Below, piece by piece: positions 1 to 13,300 of a DNA stretch of 64,000 nt. This DNA comes from Pocillopora damicornis (Eukaryota): contig NW_020845054.1 of assembly GCF_003704095.1 (NCBI RefSeq), positions 124,001-188,000 of the forward strand, read 5' to 3'. Every line of letters starts with the position of its first letter. The stretch's first letter is position 1. Position numbers and translations under genes: made by a program. A model generated the notes under the pieces. It had not been told where the DNA came from. It was given only the letters and a program-made list of their open reading frames with translations, and made no database searches.

Positions 1-180
1 CCAGTTATTAGTCTCTTTTTCCCTTTGATTATAAATTTCTTGAGCTCTGACTGAATATTTATTGACATGCAAACAGAACGAAGCTAATTTAACCATACGT
101 CATTCAGCTAGCTCATGATGAAGACTAACTAACTAGATGTGTAATAAGCGGTAACACTAACATGTCTTTTTTCTTTTCAG

Positions 181-1585
181 GTGACAGATCACGTCAAAGA
201 CGCCGAAGAACAGCGTTTACCGATAAACAGTTGGATCGGCTGGAAGAATCGTTTGCGAATGAAAGATTCCCAGGCATCAAGATACGCGAGAATCTTGCAG
301 GAGAACTTAAAATCGGGGAGGACAGAATTCAGGTAGGATATTCAAATTCCTGTCACAATCTTCACCCCACGACACTGAACAACAAGGGAGCAACCTGAAA
401 GAAAACTGTAAACCACGGTATACTTTAAAATTCGTGAGAGCCCTGCTGGTCCGTTAGACCATTTTTATGGAATAGATTTAGTGAATTCTGGCATTTTCCT
501 CTCAAAAAGTTCGTGGATGGTCAAAATCAAATTATACATGATCCAGAAGTTGACAAGTTTCCATTCAGTCTTCCGGTAAATTGAGCAACTTATACCGCAT
601 TCACACCAACACTACAACACGATTTAAGCTGTTTTGTTGAACACTACTTTTCTTTAAACATTTTTTTAAAGGAATTGCCTTCACTGATGTTTGTTAACTA
701 CAAGTGAAGTTTTGTTTTTACTTTTCTGTTGCTTATTTTCATTCACTTTACCTGGCTTGGCTCATCGTGTTTTGCTGGTGTCAAAAGGGCATTAACCTTC
801 CTGTAGTCTTCCGGTTAATCATGATTAATTTGAGTCATAATTCTTTAGCTGTACATGGAATAGTCGTGATAACACAAGTAGACTACGCGTTCTTTTTCTT
901 TTTCTGCGATGTTCTGGTCGCGCAAGTAAAAATGAAATAAGTGAGACAAAAATTTATGTTAGTGTGCTGCGTAAAAATTTTAGATTCCGCACGCGAGCTA
1001 ACTTCAAAATGGAGGGGTTGCACGTGGCCTATAATGGGAAAACTATTTGTAGAGTAATTGTGAGATCTTTCTCAACAAAACCTCTTTTATCTTCAGGTCT
1101 GGTTTCAGAACCGTCGAGCTAGATGGCGTAAACATGAAATAAAAAACAAACCCGCTCCAGTTGCCACTGCTTCAGAGATGCACTTAGACAACCGAGATTT
1201 CAGTGCGCGTACAATGTTTCAAGCACCATCTGCCATTATACCACACAGTCCGCTGACCCAAACGTCTTTCACGCCGTGGAGCCCATTTTATCATCCGTTT
1301 ACAACAAATGCTTCCTGGTTCCCACCCGGCGGGCTTCTCGGCCTGGAGTATTCAAACATGTCCTGTGCTGCTTCTCAAGATTCTAGCAAGACATTTGTTC
1401 CAAATCCACGCGGATATGTTCCAACACATCTCTCGTCCAGACCCATTCCTTCACCTGACAGCAGCGTCACCTCTAAGCCCAAGCTCCATTCCTCCTCTGA
1501 CTCGGACAGTGATGGAGGCTGTCACTCTGTCGATGATTACCAAGCCGCTGCTACTTTAGCATCGTTTTTTCAGCGAGAAAATTAA
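181..1585 (+). CDS. PRD-class Q50 homeodomain protein (Dux/Hesx-like), 3' part; exons 181-332 and 1097-1585; 5' exon(s) upstream or outside the window
   Basis: Spliced translation RQRRRRTAFTDKQLDRLEESFANERFPGIKIRENLAGELKIGEDRIQ|VWFQNRRARWRK. The GT-AG intron (333-1096) lies between homeodomain residues 46/47, the classic PRD-class position. Q at position 50. P/S-rich tail ends at TAA 1585. Confidence 0.9.
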
Positions 1586-2173
1586 AACAATGAATTAAAT
1601 AAATAATTCAAGATACTGCATCCAGTTACATCAATATTTTTTAAGGCTTTTAGTTTAGCATTGTCAGTGCACACGCAATTCGATTTGCCTTTTTAGACGG
1701 AGTGGAAAACTCCTTTTTGTGTCTGTCGAATTTCATTTAAGAGTTTCGTTGTTGAAGGAGATTTTAATGAAAGAGCAATGGAATCGTTACTGTACTTTCT
1801 CATATGCAACAAAATAAAGTTTGCTAGAATGAATAGTTTTGTTTGTTGAGTCCCATAGCAGTTAGCATCTGGATATTGTGATAGTAAATTAATTGTCTTG
1901 GGTTCGGAATTAGTACTAATTTTCACCTTGCGGACTCCCCCTTTGTACGTCTACCAAGTTTTCCCGATACCACCTTCGTGAGGGGGGGCTTTCTGAAGTA
2001 AAACAGGTTCGCCCGCCTTGACCTACTTCCGCAACGGGGCGAAACTTCCTTAAATCGAACGGTGAGGACACTGGAAACTAGTTAGGGGTGACTCGTCACA
2101 ATCCCTCTCTTGGCGAGGATGAAAAACCCAGAAGTCTCGGCGAAATTCCACTCGTCATCTATCACGCAGAAAA

Positions 2174-4173
2174 ATGGCGTCCGTGAAGGAAAAAACGGCT
2201 AAGCGATCGCCATCTAAAACTGATACTACGGGAGAAAATACGAGTACTCCGACTGTGATAAACACATTTGCCAACGATGGTAGCTTTCTAGAACTTTTTA
2301 AGAAACGAATGGAAGCAGAGTCTCAAAAACTGCAGTCGAAATCTGAAAGTACGGTTGGGCAAAGTACAAGTTGTGAAAAGAAAGATGAAAAGACAGTGGA
2401 CAAAGAATCGTGCACAAAGAGAGATAACGATGGAAAAGCTCCTGGGCCTTCGCTTCCATTAACACAGCAGGTCTGGTTTAGTGAGGAAAGAATGATAGAG
2501 TTGTAACTTTTATGGGGAAACATTCCTATGTGGAATGTTTCGTTTTGCGCGGCTGAACGAGAAAGATATATAATCTTAAATATCTCAAGAACCCTAAGGG
2601 CGACTAGCATCTAATTTCTCCCAACAATATCACCCCTGAATCACACATTAAGATCATGAGAATAAAGGAAGTGACCCCCAACGAAAGAAGCTTTTGATCG
2701 GTAAACAAATTCTCCTCGTCAGCACCTTCAGAAATGTGTAAAGAACAGTATGGATAATATACATACTGATGTTAGGGTGTTAAGGGTTATTCTTATCTTG
2801 TCTTATTTCAAAGTTGAAATTGTTTCAATTTTTTGTAAGATGACAAGGGGTTGCACACCAACATTCTACATTGCAATGCACTTCCATTGCTTTTGTCAAC
2901 AGATGAAAATAATTTTTAACTTTGATTGAGGAAGACTTGGCATTTTCAAACTTTGGTTACATATTCTTGCTTGTTGTTTGATCAAAACCATGCAGCTTGG
3001 ATAGCATGTTTGTTTGTTTGGTTAAGTTAATGATATTTTTTATTGACCAAAAAATTGGGATTCAATTCACTAGTTGCAAGGTGGTTTTAATCATGTACAG
3101 AAGGAAAACATTTCAAGCGACATTTACCAGCTGTTTGGGCTTGATGTTGTCTTATGGTATTAGTATTAATCTAACAAATCTAGGGTAAGAGGCAATTTAC
3201 TGTTGGAAAGATGGGTGGTGCTTCACGGCAGATCCATGCAAAGAAAATGAAGAAGGACAAAGAAGCAGCTGAAGCAGTGAAAAAGGCTCAGGAAGAGGTG
3301 ACAGAACACTACTTGTTAACTTATGTTAGTTAGGGTCTTTGCTTTTAATCTCACTCAAAATGAAATCTGTTTCCAAGATCAACTTAACTCTTTAACTCTC
3401 ATGAGTGACCAAGACAGAATTTCTCCTTACAATATCAATACAATATCTAACAGACAAGTGATGAGAATAAAGGAAAATATTAATTAGGGGATTATTAGTT
3501 GATCCAATACCAAATTCTCCAAACTAACTTCACAAGAACTATATGGCAGACAGTAAGGAGAATTACTATTAAGATCTTGGGAGTAAAGGGGTTAAGTAGC
3601 TTCTTTTGATTACCAAGGTTACTTTAGCAAGAATGGGGTAGAGCCAGTTTACAGCAGGTCACCCCCTCCTTGAACTCTTTATTATTTATAAATGTATTGT
3701 ATTTGTATCTAGTACTTAATAAGGTCCCTGGGAAGACAGAGGACTACAGGAGTAAATTGTTTTACTGAAGTGTATGACACTGACTTGTTCACAGCTAGAA
3801 CCCAGACCTTGTATTTAAGAATCTAGAATCCAGTGGACCCTACTTGTGTTTCAGAACAATTCATCATCAGCCATCCAGTTACTGTAAACCATTCCTTCAT
3901 CATCATTCTGCCACTGTTACCATTTGTTCCCCTTAAATTTTTTATTCAACTTCCCCTTGGCTATAGCAATGTTGCTTAAAAAGCAAAGCAAGAACCATCC
4001 CTGCATAAATGAACATGGTTTATTGCCAACTTTTCAATCCTTGTTTGTTTGTTTTTCTTTAACAGGAAGAAAGCAAATCTTCAGCATGGAAAGCTTACAT
4101 GGAGGAAGTTAAAAAATATAAAGAGATGAGTTGTTCAGATGATAGTGACAGAGTAACACCTCTTGTGAAATGA
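2174..4173 (+). CDS. TRIR: Telomerase RNA component interacting RNase (C19orf43 homolog); exons 2174-2470, 3184-3297, 4066-4173
   Basis: Motifs NTFANDGSFLELFKKRME, GKR and SAWKAYMEEVKKYKEMSCSDDSDRVTPLVK* match the TRIR N- and C-terminal signatures. Phase-0 GT-AG junctions are consistent. Confidence 0.9.
3388..3591. mobile_element. TTAA-MITE subfamily C in TRIR intron 2
   Basis: TTAA flanks at 3384-3387 and 3592-3595. Near-identical body to 21515-21718. Confidence 0.8.
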
Positions 4174-5530
4174 CCCATGTCTAAAGATTCTCTGCATTGT
4201 AAAATTTAGGATAACATAATTAAATCTTTTCAAAATTATCAAACTATCAAATTCAAAAAGTCACTTTATTTCATCCTTTTGTAACCTAAAAATGAACTCT
4301 TCTAAGCAGTTTGTCATGTCTTGATCCCAAACCCTCAGGGAGAGAAACAAAGAGCCAGCTATTGAAATTATCCCATCTTAGGTTTTAGGCTGTGGGTAGA
4401 CGATTTAAACTATGGTGTACAAAGTGTTAAAATGTAGTATTTTGGTTAGGTTATGAATAGGTTTCAGCTAGTGTACTTGTGGTATGAAATGTGGATACAA
4501 CACAGCTTGGGTATTGAGGCAGGGGAACTGAATATGCAGTGTAGGATGGATCTATGATTTGCTCTTTTTCGCCAATTTTTTCTTGTTTCTCATGCATCAT
4601 TTAATCTGAATGGGAGCCAGGTTATTAATTACACTCTGATGTAAGTTTAGTTTGACTTTCCACAGAGTGGATACATACAGTGTATGGGCCTTTTATTTTG
4701 TCAAAGTTACAGGAAATGAACTCTACATACTTCTTAAGGGCAATTATCTTTTTATCCCCTAGCATAAGTCTTCAAAATTGTGTTTTACTTCTGATAAGTT
4801 TAGACCCTAAACTTTTGCAAATGTTCAAGAATTAGGTACTTAATCTATTGAAATCTTTCTCAAGTTAAATTTCTTTTGTAATTGCTTCCAGAAGGAAAAT
4901 ATTGGAAGGCTAGATTGCCAGGTTGCAGCTTACATCACTCATGCTTTCACAATCTGGAGCTCAGTTTTGATGCTTAATTATTGCATTACATTCATTGCTC
5001 CCATAGAGATCACTTTCATTTTTTGGGGGATTGTATATGGTCTGTCATGTTATGTGATTGCTTGCTTAATCACATTACATGATTGATTGTTATTGCCTGG
5101 TCAAACTATTAACCACATTTTTGTTTACTGTAAGAAGAAACACTTTGATATTTAGATGTATTTGCATATTAAACACAGTAGCAGTAGTAGTTCTGTAAGG
5201 TATTTCAATATTTAAAATTCAGGGTCTTGTAAAATGTACACAGTGTCTGAGCTTTTCCAATGTTTGGAAATAAACTGCTTAGCATTTCTGTTTATTTGTG
5301 ACCTGTTCTTAGCTTTAGCAGTACACAGGTACTTGCAAAAGCACTATTAGCCGTGCGTAACAAGTTGGCAATTACGTATGTGTTTTACTTGCATGGCAGA
5401 GAGACCTTAATGGTTTGCTCTGCCTTTGGTAATGATGTGCCTGTTGTGTTGGTGAGGGTGAAGGGGCTGTGTGAGAAAGGGTGATTATCTTGAGATGTGA
5501 GTGGAGAGGATTACTAACAAGATAGTAAAA

Positions 5531-8500
5531 TTAATCCTTCTTAGTTTTACCATCACCCTTTTTACAACACATGCGGCATAAAAATCTACATATTAATCGT
5601 ATCACAATGAGAGTAACAGTTGCTACTGCTAACAGGAAGGCAATAACATCAAGTAAATAATACTGATACCAGGGGACCTTAAACACTTGGGCTTTGAGGT
5701 GCTTAGCTCCGCCATGTCTGAGTGTGTATTCTATCCAGTTGCAAGCTTCTTGAAGAGGTGTTTGTGAACGATCCCTCAACAAACCAGAAATGTGCTTTGC
5801 TTTTTCTTTAAATCTGTGGAAAGGGTAGATTTTTTTTTAAGCTGAGAAATTTTTTAAGTTATATGCTATGTGATGTTTTTCCATATAATGAAAAAGAACA
5901 ACCAACTGGTCATTATGCAATAAGTCAAGTCCAGTGCTGATGATGCAGCAACTGCCATCAAATCATGGACTATCCCAAAATGGCTAGGTGTGAAACATTG
6001 CCAAGAAATTACTATTAACATAATCTATAGGTATTGATCAAAATAAAACATTTGATTTTACAAAATGTACCACATTACACACCGTGATTCATTGATAACT
6101 TTCTCAATTGTTTCAAACAGCTTCACATCATTGTTGCTCTTATGATCCACAACTAAACCAATGCCTAAATGCTCTGCTTTCCTAACATTACTATCCTGGT
6201 CTCCACCCAGTGGAAATGCCACTAATGGAACTCCATGATATGCAGACTCGTAAAGACTGTTGTGTCCCACATGGGAGACAAAAGCTTTGATGTCCTTGTG
6301 AGCCAGAAGATCATTCTGGGGTAACCAGTCCATAGCTTTGACATTTGAGCTGAGATCAGATGGGATGTAACCTACCAAAGAGAAAAAGGATTCATATCAG
6401 AGAGTCAAGTTCAAGACATTGCATGCTTGGTCAGCAATGCTGAGCTTTCCAATTGCAAACTGGTTGCACTCATTTTCCTTACTTACAATTTACTTGTTGA
6501 TAACATAAATTTTGTCTGCTGCTGATTGCTTGAATTTTCTCATTTACTCCAATTTGCTTTCTTGTTTTATCTGTTGCCATTTGCTTGCTGCATTTTCTTG
6601 GAATCGAGGTTTATTCATTGAAGTTACTTGCAGTTAACATGTCTGTAATTTGTTTGGAGTAAGCATCAACATGTTGCTGTTTGATACACAGAGAAATGGA
6701 ATGACAATTGCATTGAACAGATCAATTGATGAAATAAATGACTTTTTAAGAAGTAACTCAGATTGTAAGAGCAGATAGAAAATACATTTTCAATAACTCT
6801 AAAATTAATACCTTTAATTCTCCAAACAACTCTTTGTTTCAGTTTTCCAAACGCTGCAGCTAACATGTCTACTTTCTCCCTTTGAAGGCTTGATGCCACC
6901 ATTGAACCAAAGGAACAAATGATAAAACCATTATCTCCTGAATTGCTTATAAATTCTTCTAAATCAGAGGGGAGAGGTTGAGCATCTTTCACATTCAGTG
7001 GCCCAATCATGATTTGGCCTGTCAAAGATATGTTTTGGAAAAATCTTTTTAGCTTTTAAATGCTTTATTTGACTAATTCTGGTTCTTAGATTTGGAACAG
7101 GAACTGAGACAAGATTGTGTCTTTACTGTTTAGGAACCTTGAAAAATCTTTGGAATCTTCAATTCCCTAATCCTTGGGTGCCAAATGTAATCAGGAAAAA
7201 ATTCTAAGCTAAATCCAGGTGCAATTAACTCTTGGGATAAGAATCTTATGCTCTTTCAACTCCTAAAGTCTGTGACAATACTACCTCACTAGTAAATGAG
7301 AAAATTCTGAAATTAAACATATGCATTTAATAGTTTTACCAGTAACTGATGTAGAGTTGTAATAGCTTGTGGTTGTAAATATGTGATGAGAAAGAAGAAG
7401 TACTGTAAAAGTACTGTGAGCCACCCTAACATTTCCTACCTGGTAACAGAGGTTGGGGATATTCCAGCGCAAAATCTGCTAGTATCAACAGCAGTTCTAC
7501 ATTGGCAATGGCTTCTTCAAAGCTCCTTTCAACTACTATGTTGTACTTGAGTTTAAGAGCATTCATTGGCTTGTTAATTGCCATGCTGATAAATAGTTTC
7601 TGACCAAAGTAATATGCCAAATTTGTCACACGTTCCATGAAAGTCATTTTATTGGTAAATCTGGTTAACAGAACAGGAACATAAGAAAGTGGCATGGGTA
7701 TCATGTGAAAAGAAGCAGCTGGGCCATTTGGAGACAAAGGCAACAACTCAACAAGGGGGATGTTGTGGCGTTCGCCAAGTAATGCAGCACAGAAAGAGGT
7801 AGTATCATAAATGAGGAGGTCACAATCCTGTAGCTCTTTCAGAACTTCAGCAGAAGTTAAGGCACTTTCACACATAACTTGGAAGACATCTTTCATTTTG
7901 AACATCAGCTCTAGCATTTTCCCCTCCAGTTCAAGTGGTAACATAGTTTTCTCCATGAAGCCTGGTTTATATGGCACTTGGTAAATCTTGTGTGGCACTT
8001 TCTCACTTGGTTTGAATTTTTTAAAAGATGATGCAACAAACAGGACAACCTTTCAAAATCAAGTACATAGTCAAATAAATCACCTTTCTCATTAAATGTG
8101 TATTGATCTTGAAAGGAGAAATTTATCACTTTGGTCAGTCAAAAAGGGTTATATTGTTTGCAGGTGCCCAAAATTAGAGAGAAAAATTTCTAATAACATT
8201 GAAATGAGACTATTAGCAATAATAATAATAATAATAACAAATAGAAAGAATTATTATTAGTGCCATCATTATTAGTATTATTGTTTAATTGTAATAATCA
8301 TAACTATTATCATCATAAATTGGTATATCCGTACAATAAATCTATAACAGAAAAAAAAATTGGAGATTATCATCAAATCAGTGACACAAACTTATGTGAG
8401 CGTGCAGCGAGACTCGTGTTACGTAATTAAGCGGTTCACCTCGTGTCCCCTTGAGGCCAGTTCCTCTAAAACGTTCCTCGTGTTAATGTACTGTGATCCT

Positions 8501-8607
8501 CCTATAGCATGAAACCCTGCAATCCGTGCTGAAAAAGCCGAGTTCACAAATAGAAAAGCTAAAAGTAGCATAGGTAGGGACAGCGTTATTGTCGAAAGCG
8601 TCGCCAT
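5531..8607 (-). CDS. UDP-glucuronosyl/glycosyltransferase (UGT family); exons 8607-8440, 8049-7440, 7018-6812, 6371-6083, 5813-5531
   Basis: Signal peptide, ELASRGHEV, SFGS, UGT signature WLPQNDLLAH...HVGHNSLYESAYHGVPLVAFPLGGDQ, PWYQYYLLDV, C-terminal TM helix and dilysine ER-retrieval tail KTKKD. Confidence 0.95.
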
Positions 8608-8669
8608 GTTGCGGTTTTCTCGCGTCGTCAGAGTTCACCTGGTTACTAAAGACCGCCCTGAGGAGAAAG

Positions 8670-9245
8670 GTCACACGTTGTCGCCCCTTCCAAGTTGTCA
8701 CCTTTGAGTTGTCGCCTTCAAGCTGTCGATAATGAAGGAAGGACTTCTCCAAGTAGAATGTGTTAGATGAGGTGCGTGCTGAACCGGTGTTTAATGAAGT
8801 ATCTTTTTAAAAAGCTTTACTATGAACAAAAGCATTTGAAATGACGTCACCGTGGAATATTGGTTTCAAAGACATCGCTTCCGTTATTATGCTTAAACGT
8901 TGTCGACGTTGTCACTTCCACGTTGTCGCTTGACACGTTGTCAATTTTGATATGTTGTTTCTTTCATGTTGTTTTCCCCGCCTTTGTTCTCTGAAAAACT
9001 GCATACTCAATGGTTTTTTTAGGTAGCAGCTTGACATCTCAGAAGCAGCAACCGCGTGACCATTTCAGATTCCTGAACCCTCTATCGTTGGACAAGCAGA
9101 GGGGTGAGGCGTCACTCTGTGGAAATGGTAAACTATAGCGCCCACTAATTGGCTAGATCGAAAGTGATTATCAAGTACCATTCACCTCCGAGAAGCCCAA
9201 GAGACAAAACCGCGCAGCAAAAGTTATAGCTGAGTCATAGTACTT
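8670..9245 (-). promoter_or_regulatory. UGT upstream region with ARE-like (ATGACTCAGC, 9229-9238), CRE palindrome (TGACGTCA, 8842-8849), XRE-core GCGTG sites and a GTTGTC motif cluster
   Basis: Motifs read directly, 60-640 bp upstream of the UGT ATG in a CpG-rich segment. Function is inferred. Confidence 0.45.
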
Positions 9246-9510
9246 TGTCAGAACTGAAATGATTATTGGTTCATGAATGATATATATATTTTAAAAAAGA
9301 AGAAGAATGAATGAATAGTAATTAATGTTAAGTGTTGAACAAAATTTGTGCACTAGTAAAACAAGACGAGATAACAAGAGCAAAATTAAAAGGATCATTA
9401 CACATTCCCCACCGCCAGTTAAGAAAAGACGACTTTGAAACGGGAACGGTGATTTGGAGGCGAGATGCAGTTACTTTTGGAGCAATTTAACGTCAGCCGT
9501 CGCTTCAGCA

Positions 9511-9954
9511 TAATTGGAGAGATTGTTAGCACCGCGTTTACGTGAAACGGCAAACGTCAGCTGACCCATTCACGCAAGATACCGTGAACCTTACTGCTGT
9601 AGATTCGCGTAGGCTTACGTTACTTCGTTATGGACTGGAAGCCATCTCACGAGTGAACGCGAGCTCTTGCAGCTGTCTACTGAAGAGAAGTGCGGCAATT
9701 TAAGGATTTTTAACATGAAACTTCATTTGCCCTTTTATAACTTACAGGTAGTAGTGTTTGTGCACTTTTTCCGGCCATTTAACTTCTACTCTATGAGAGG
9801 AAAAGTGAACAAAATCTTACGTAAACGGCAAACGCGAAACAGTTTACTTTCACGTTGAAGCGGCCAACGTGAAAAAATGGCGGGAAAATCGTGATCACGC
9901 GTTTACTTTTGTCGTTCACGTTTCACATAAACGCGGTGTTAAATCTCTCTATTA
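9511..9954. mobile_element. MITE-like element with ~35-bp terminal inverted repeats
   Basis: Left end taattggagagattgttagcaccgcgtttacgtgaaacg vs reverse complement of right end taatagagagatttaacaccgcgtttatgtgaaacg. No recognisable coding capacity. Confidence 0.7.
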
Positions 9955-10353
9955 TCTTAGTTTCTTTGGAGATTTCAGATCTAAATAAAGAAAAGAACTC
10001 TCAAATATTTATGGCCGTCTGCGTCTCATAACGCCCCTTGCTCAAGTCTCTTTTGATGGAAGCAGGCATTTTCAGGTGTCTGTTCTCGTCTCAAGCAAAT
10101 GAAGAACAATACTTTCACCCACAATAGCGTTTTTTGCGCTCAATTGTCCACACAACTGCGTTAAGGAATTTTATGGAAAGAGTTAAGTTACAAGCACAAA
10201 AATCTCATTGTTGTTTTCCAAAAACATCCATTTTTTCCTTTCCAAAAACAAGAAAACAGAGGAAACACAGCTGTTATCAATCTTCGAATTTATTCACATA
10301 ACTCGTACATCTTATACTCTGTTAATATGGGAAAAGGTTGACAAATATGGGCT

Positions 10354-13300
10354 TCATTTGCTAGTGAAACTGATAGGTCTTCCTGATGGGAAATGAGGAG
10401 GGAGAGGAACCTTGAGAACAGCAGTTTTATTTACAATACTGGTACCGTCATCCATTTTTTTCTTTCCTGGCCCCACTTTCGATGATGATATAATACAGCC
10501 AACTGCTTTCAGATGATTTGTTAATCTGTAAAAACAATAACCTTTTTAAGTATACTGCCTTCGTAGAGATCCAGCTTGCTTGCATATTACTATTAAAGGT
10601 TGGTTTTCTCACAAAGTACAAAAACTCATGTTAGTGACAATAGCATGTATTTTGTTTTCAATACCTTGGGATGGGCATCTTGAGGTCTTTCATGATAACT
10701 GCAAAGTCTAATGAAAATTCATCTATTATCAAAGCCAGCACTAATATATACGACACTAACTTGTCCTTCAGTCGTTTTGGAACCGCCCTGCAGGGGAAAG
10801 AAACAAATTTCTGTTCAGGAATCAACGATCATCAATTACTTAGTCGGATCAATGTCCGCATCGAAGAAACTGCACACCTACCCCTACCCCTACCCCTCCC
10901 CTAATGCGACATTATCCCTTACTTGTTATCAGTTAATTGTTGTTGGGTTAGGGAGGGGTAGGTGCAAAATTGTTCTGACATTGACCCCCTTAGTCTTACA
11001 AGCCACAAAGCCCTAGCTGTTGCTTATACCCACAGCTTGCCCAATAAGTAAACTAAAACATGAACCTGTGAGTATGTCAATGACTCCATACTGGTATATG
11101 CAAGCAAACACCAGATCTGATAAGTTGCTCACCAGTGGATGGGATACTTACATGCTGAGCAACTTTTCTGCTTAAAAACAATTGGGGCTAGTTGTTGAAG
11201 AATGATTCTACCCACCTCTTTGTGGTGTTGAGGGACTCAATAAGAGTTATAATTCTTGACATCAAACATGGCAAATGACTTTAACTCAGTTTTAATCACT
11301 GTTGAAAAGAGAGGACATGTTCTCAGCATAGCATACCTAGATCTTCCCTTTTCCAAAGAAAATGAGGACAACAGTTTCTTCTTAATCCCAGCTGGTACCA
11401 TAGGTAAAGGATCTGAAATAAGGAAATCATTTGGTATTGAATCCTAACATGAGTATGCATATTCTTCATACTGTTCTCTACACATTTCCTATGGTACTGA
11501 CAAATAGAATTTGTGTACCAATCAAGAACTTCTTTAGATGGTGATCATTTCCTTTATTCTCACGACCTTAATGTTTGATCCACAGGAGATAATGTAGGGA
11601 GAAATAAGATGCTGGTCAATTGTGGGGGTCAAAGATTTAGACTAATTTAATACATTTAAGTAAACTAATTAAATAACATAAGATATTGCTTCTTGACAGA
11701 ATGCAAGGTTAACAAAAATCTGCTAACATTTCCTATCTATTTACCTTTCTTCCTGAGGTCCTGATAGTTGAGACTATACAGTGTCATCATGTATGATAAA
11801 TACAGAAGGCAGCATGATTGATGAAGTCGCTTGGTAGACTTGACTGACATCACAGCGATATGCTGAAGTACATATTCTGGGAACCTGTTGAGAAATTTGT
11901 TGAAGGCATACCATTATTAAGCTTTCTTGAAGGTCAATAAATTCAACCCAAAAGTTATTGATTCCATGTTCCTGTCTTGTTGAGGGAGGTTTGTAAAAGC
12001 AGAGTCGCTGTTTATGAATTTGAATAGCATTAAAACACCTTGTCTTGTTGAATGTAAATAATACGTTACTTGTAATTATTAAAGGACAGAGATTCAGTTC
12101 ATAAAGGAGACACATCACAGCATTGCTAAAAGCTGTAACCATTTTGGCTACCATGATGGATAGAATAAAAATTCTAGTGACTTCACTTCTACTGCAAGTT
12201 GCCCATCTGGTGAACTTTACTGGCAGTAATGCCACATGCTGCATTGTTTTCGTTACTTATTGACAATGGTCTGAAGTTAATTAAATGCAAGACAAATAAA
12301 ATTTTATCAATAATCTATCATTTCCTTTAAAAAAATTCATTCCCTTGTTAGTTGTCCAAGATGAGATTTGAAGTGAACCTCCAAAAGTGATTTCCAGCTA
12401 GCCTTCTTTTTTTCCATCATTACTCTCATGACTATTTTTTTCCTAATGGATGAACTGTTATTTCTTGCCACCATTTCATGATCATAAGTTGCCAAATGGC
12501 ACTTTCAAGACCTTCCCTGTACCTCTTTTCATTTCTCCATTCGGAAATTTTCTCTTTGTCTGCATTCTTGATTTCCTGTGAAATTCTTTGTAGTGCTTCA
12601 TACTCCCCAGGAGAAATAACTTAAATGAGTTAAGGAAAATGTTTTTACCAACATGTACTAATTATTTTTTAACTTTTTAGCCGTACTCATCTGTGGTGAA
12701 AGATACTTTGAAATTGTGGGTTCTACAGAATTTAAATCTGAGCCATTCAAGGAATCCATGTCCCAATTTTTTAAGTTGTTCAGTGTAGAAAATTTTGAAA
12801 TCCTTTCAAACATATGGTCAAGCGAAAAAAAGTTAACTAAAAGTGGTAAATAAAAATGAAATTTGTAAAAGTACAAAAAAACAAGGAAGGTTGAGGCTCA
12901 ACTAACTCCCAAAAGTGATTAACATGTATTTTCTCCCCATAATATCCATACATTATCCAGCAAACAGATCATGAGAATACTCAAACTTATCAGGTTAAAG
13001 TTTTTATCTTGATCTAACACCAAATTCTCATATCTGATTTGCAAAGAAATGTGTAGCAGCTAGAGGAGGGAATTTACAGTCAGATCTTGTGAGTTAAAGG
13101 GTTGACTCAAACTGTAGACAAAGAAATTTGGGCCTTAAAGAAGGGGATGAAAACAGAAAATGCAAATGCAACGATTTTTGTACAAAATTCAAAAGGTATT
13201 TTTTAAAAATTCAATTTTACTGGAGGGTAAAAACACATCCAAAAGGATACTATCATTTAATTTATATACATCAGCTGCTGTTGTAGCCTTCAAATTATAT

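Noticed and set aside
11774-12244. 156-aa minus-strand ORF
   Set aside because: Out of frame with the real POLR1E exon 11884-11745 and otherwise intronic.
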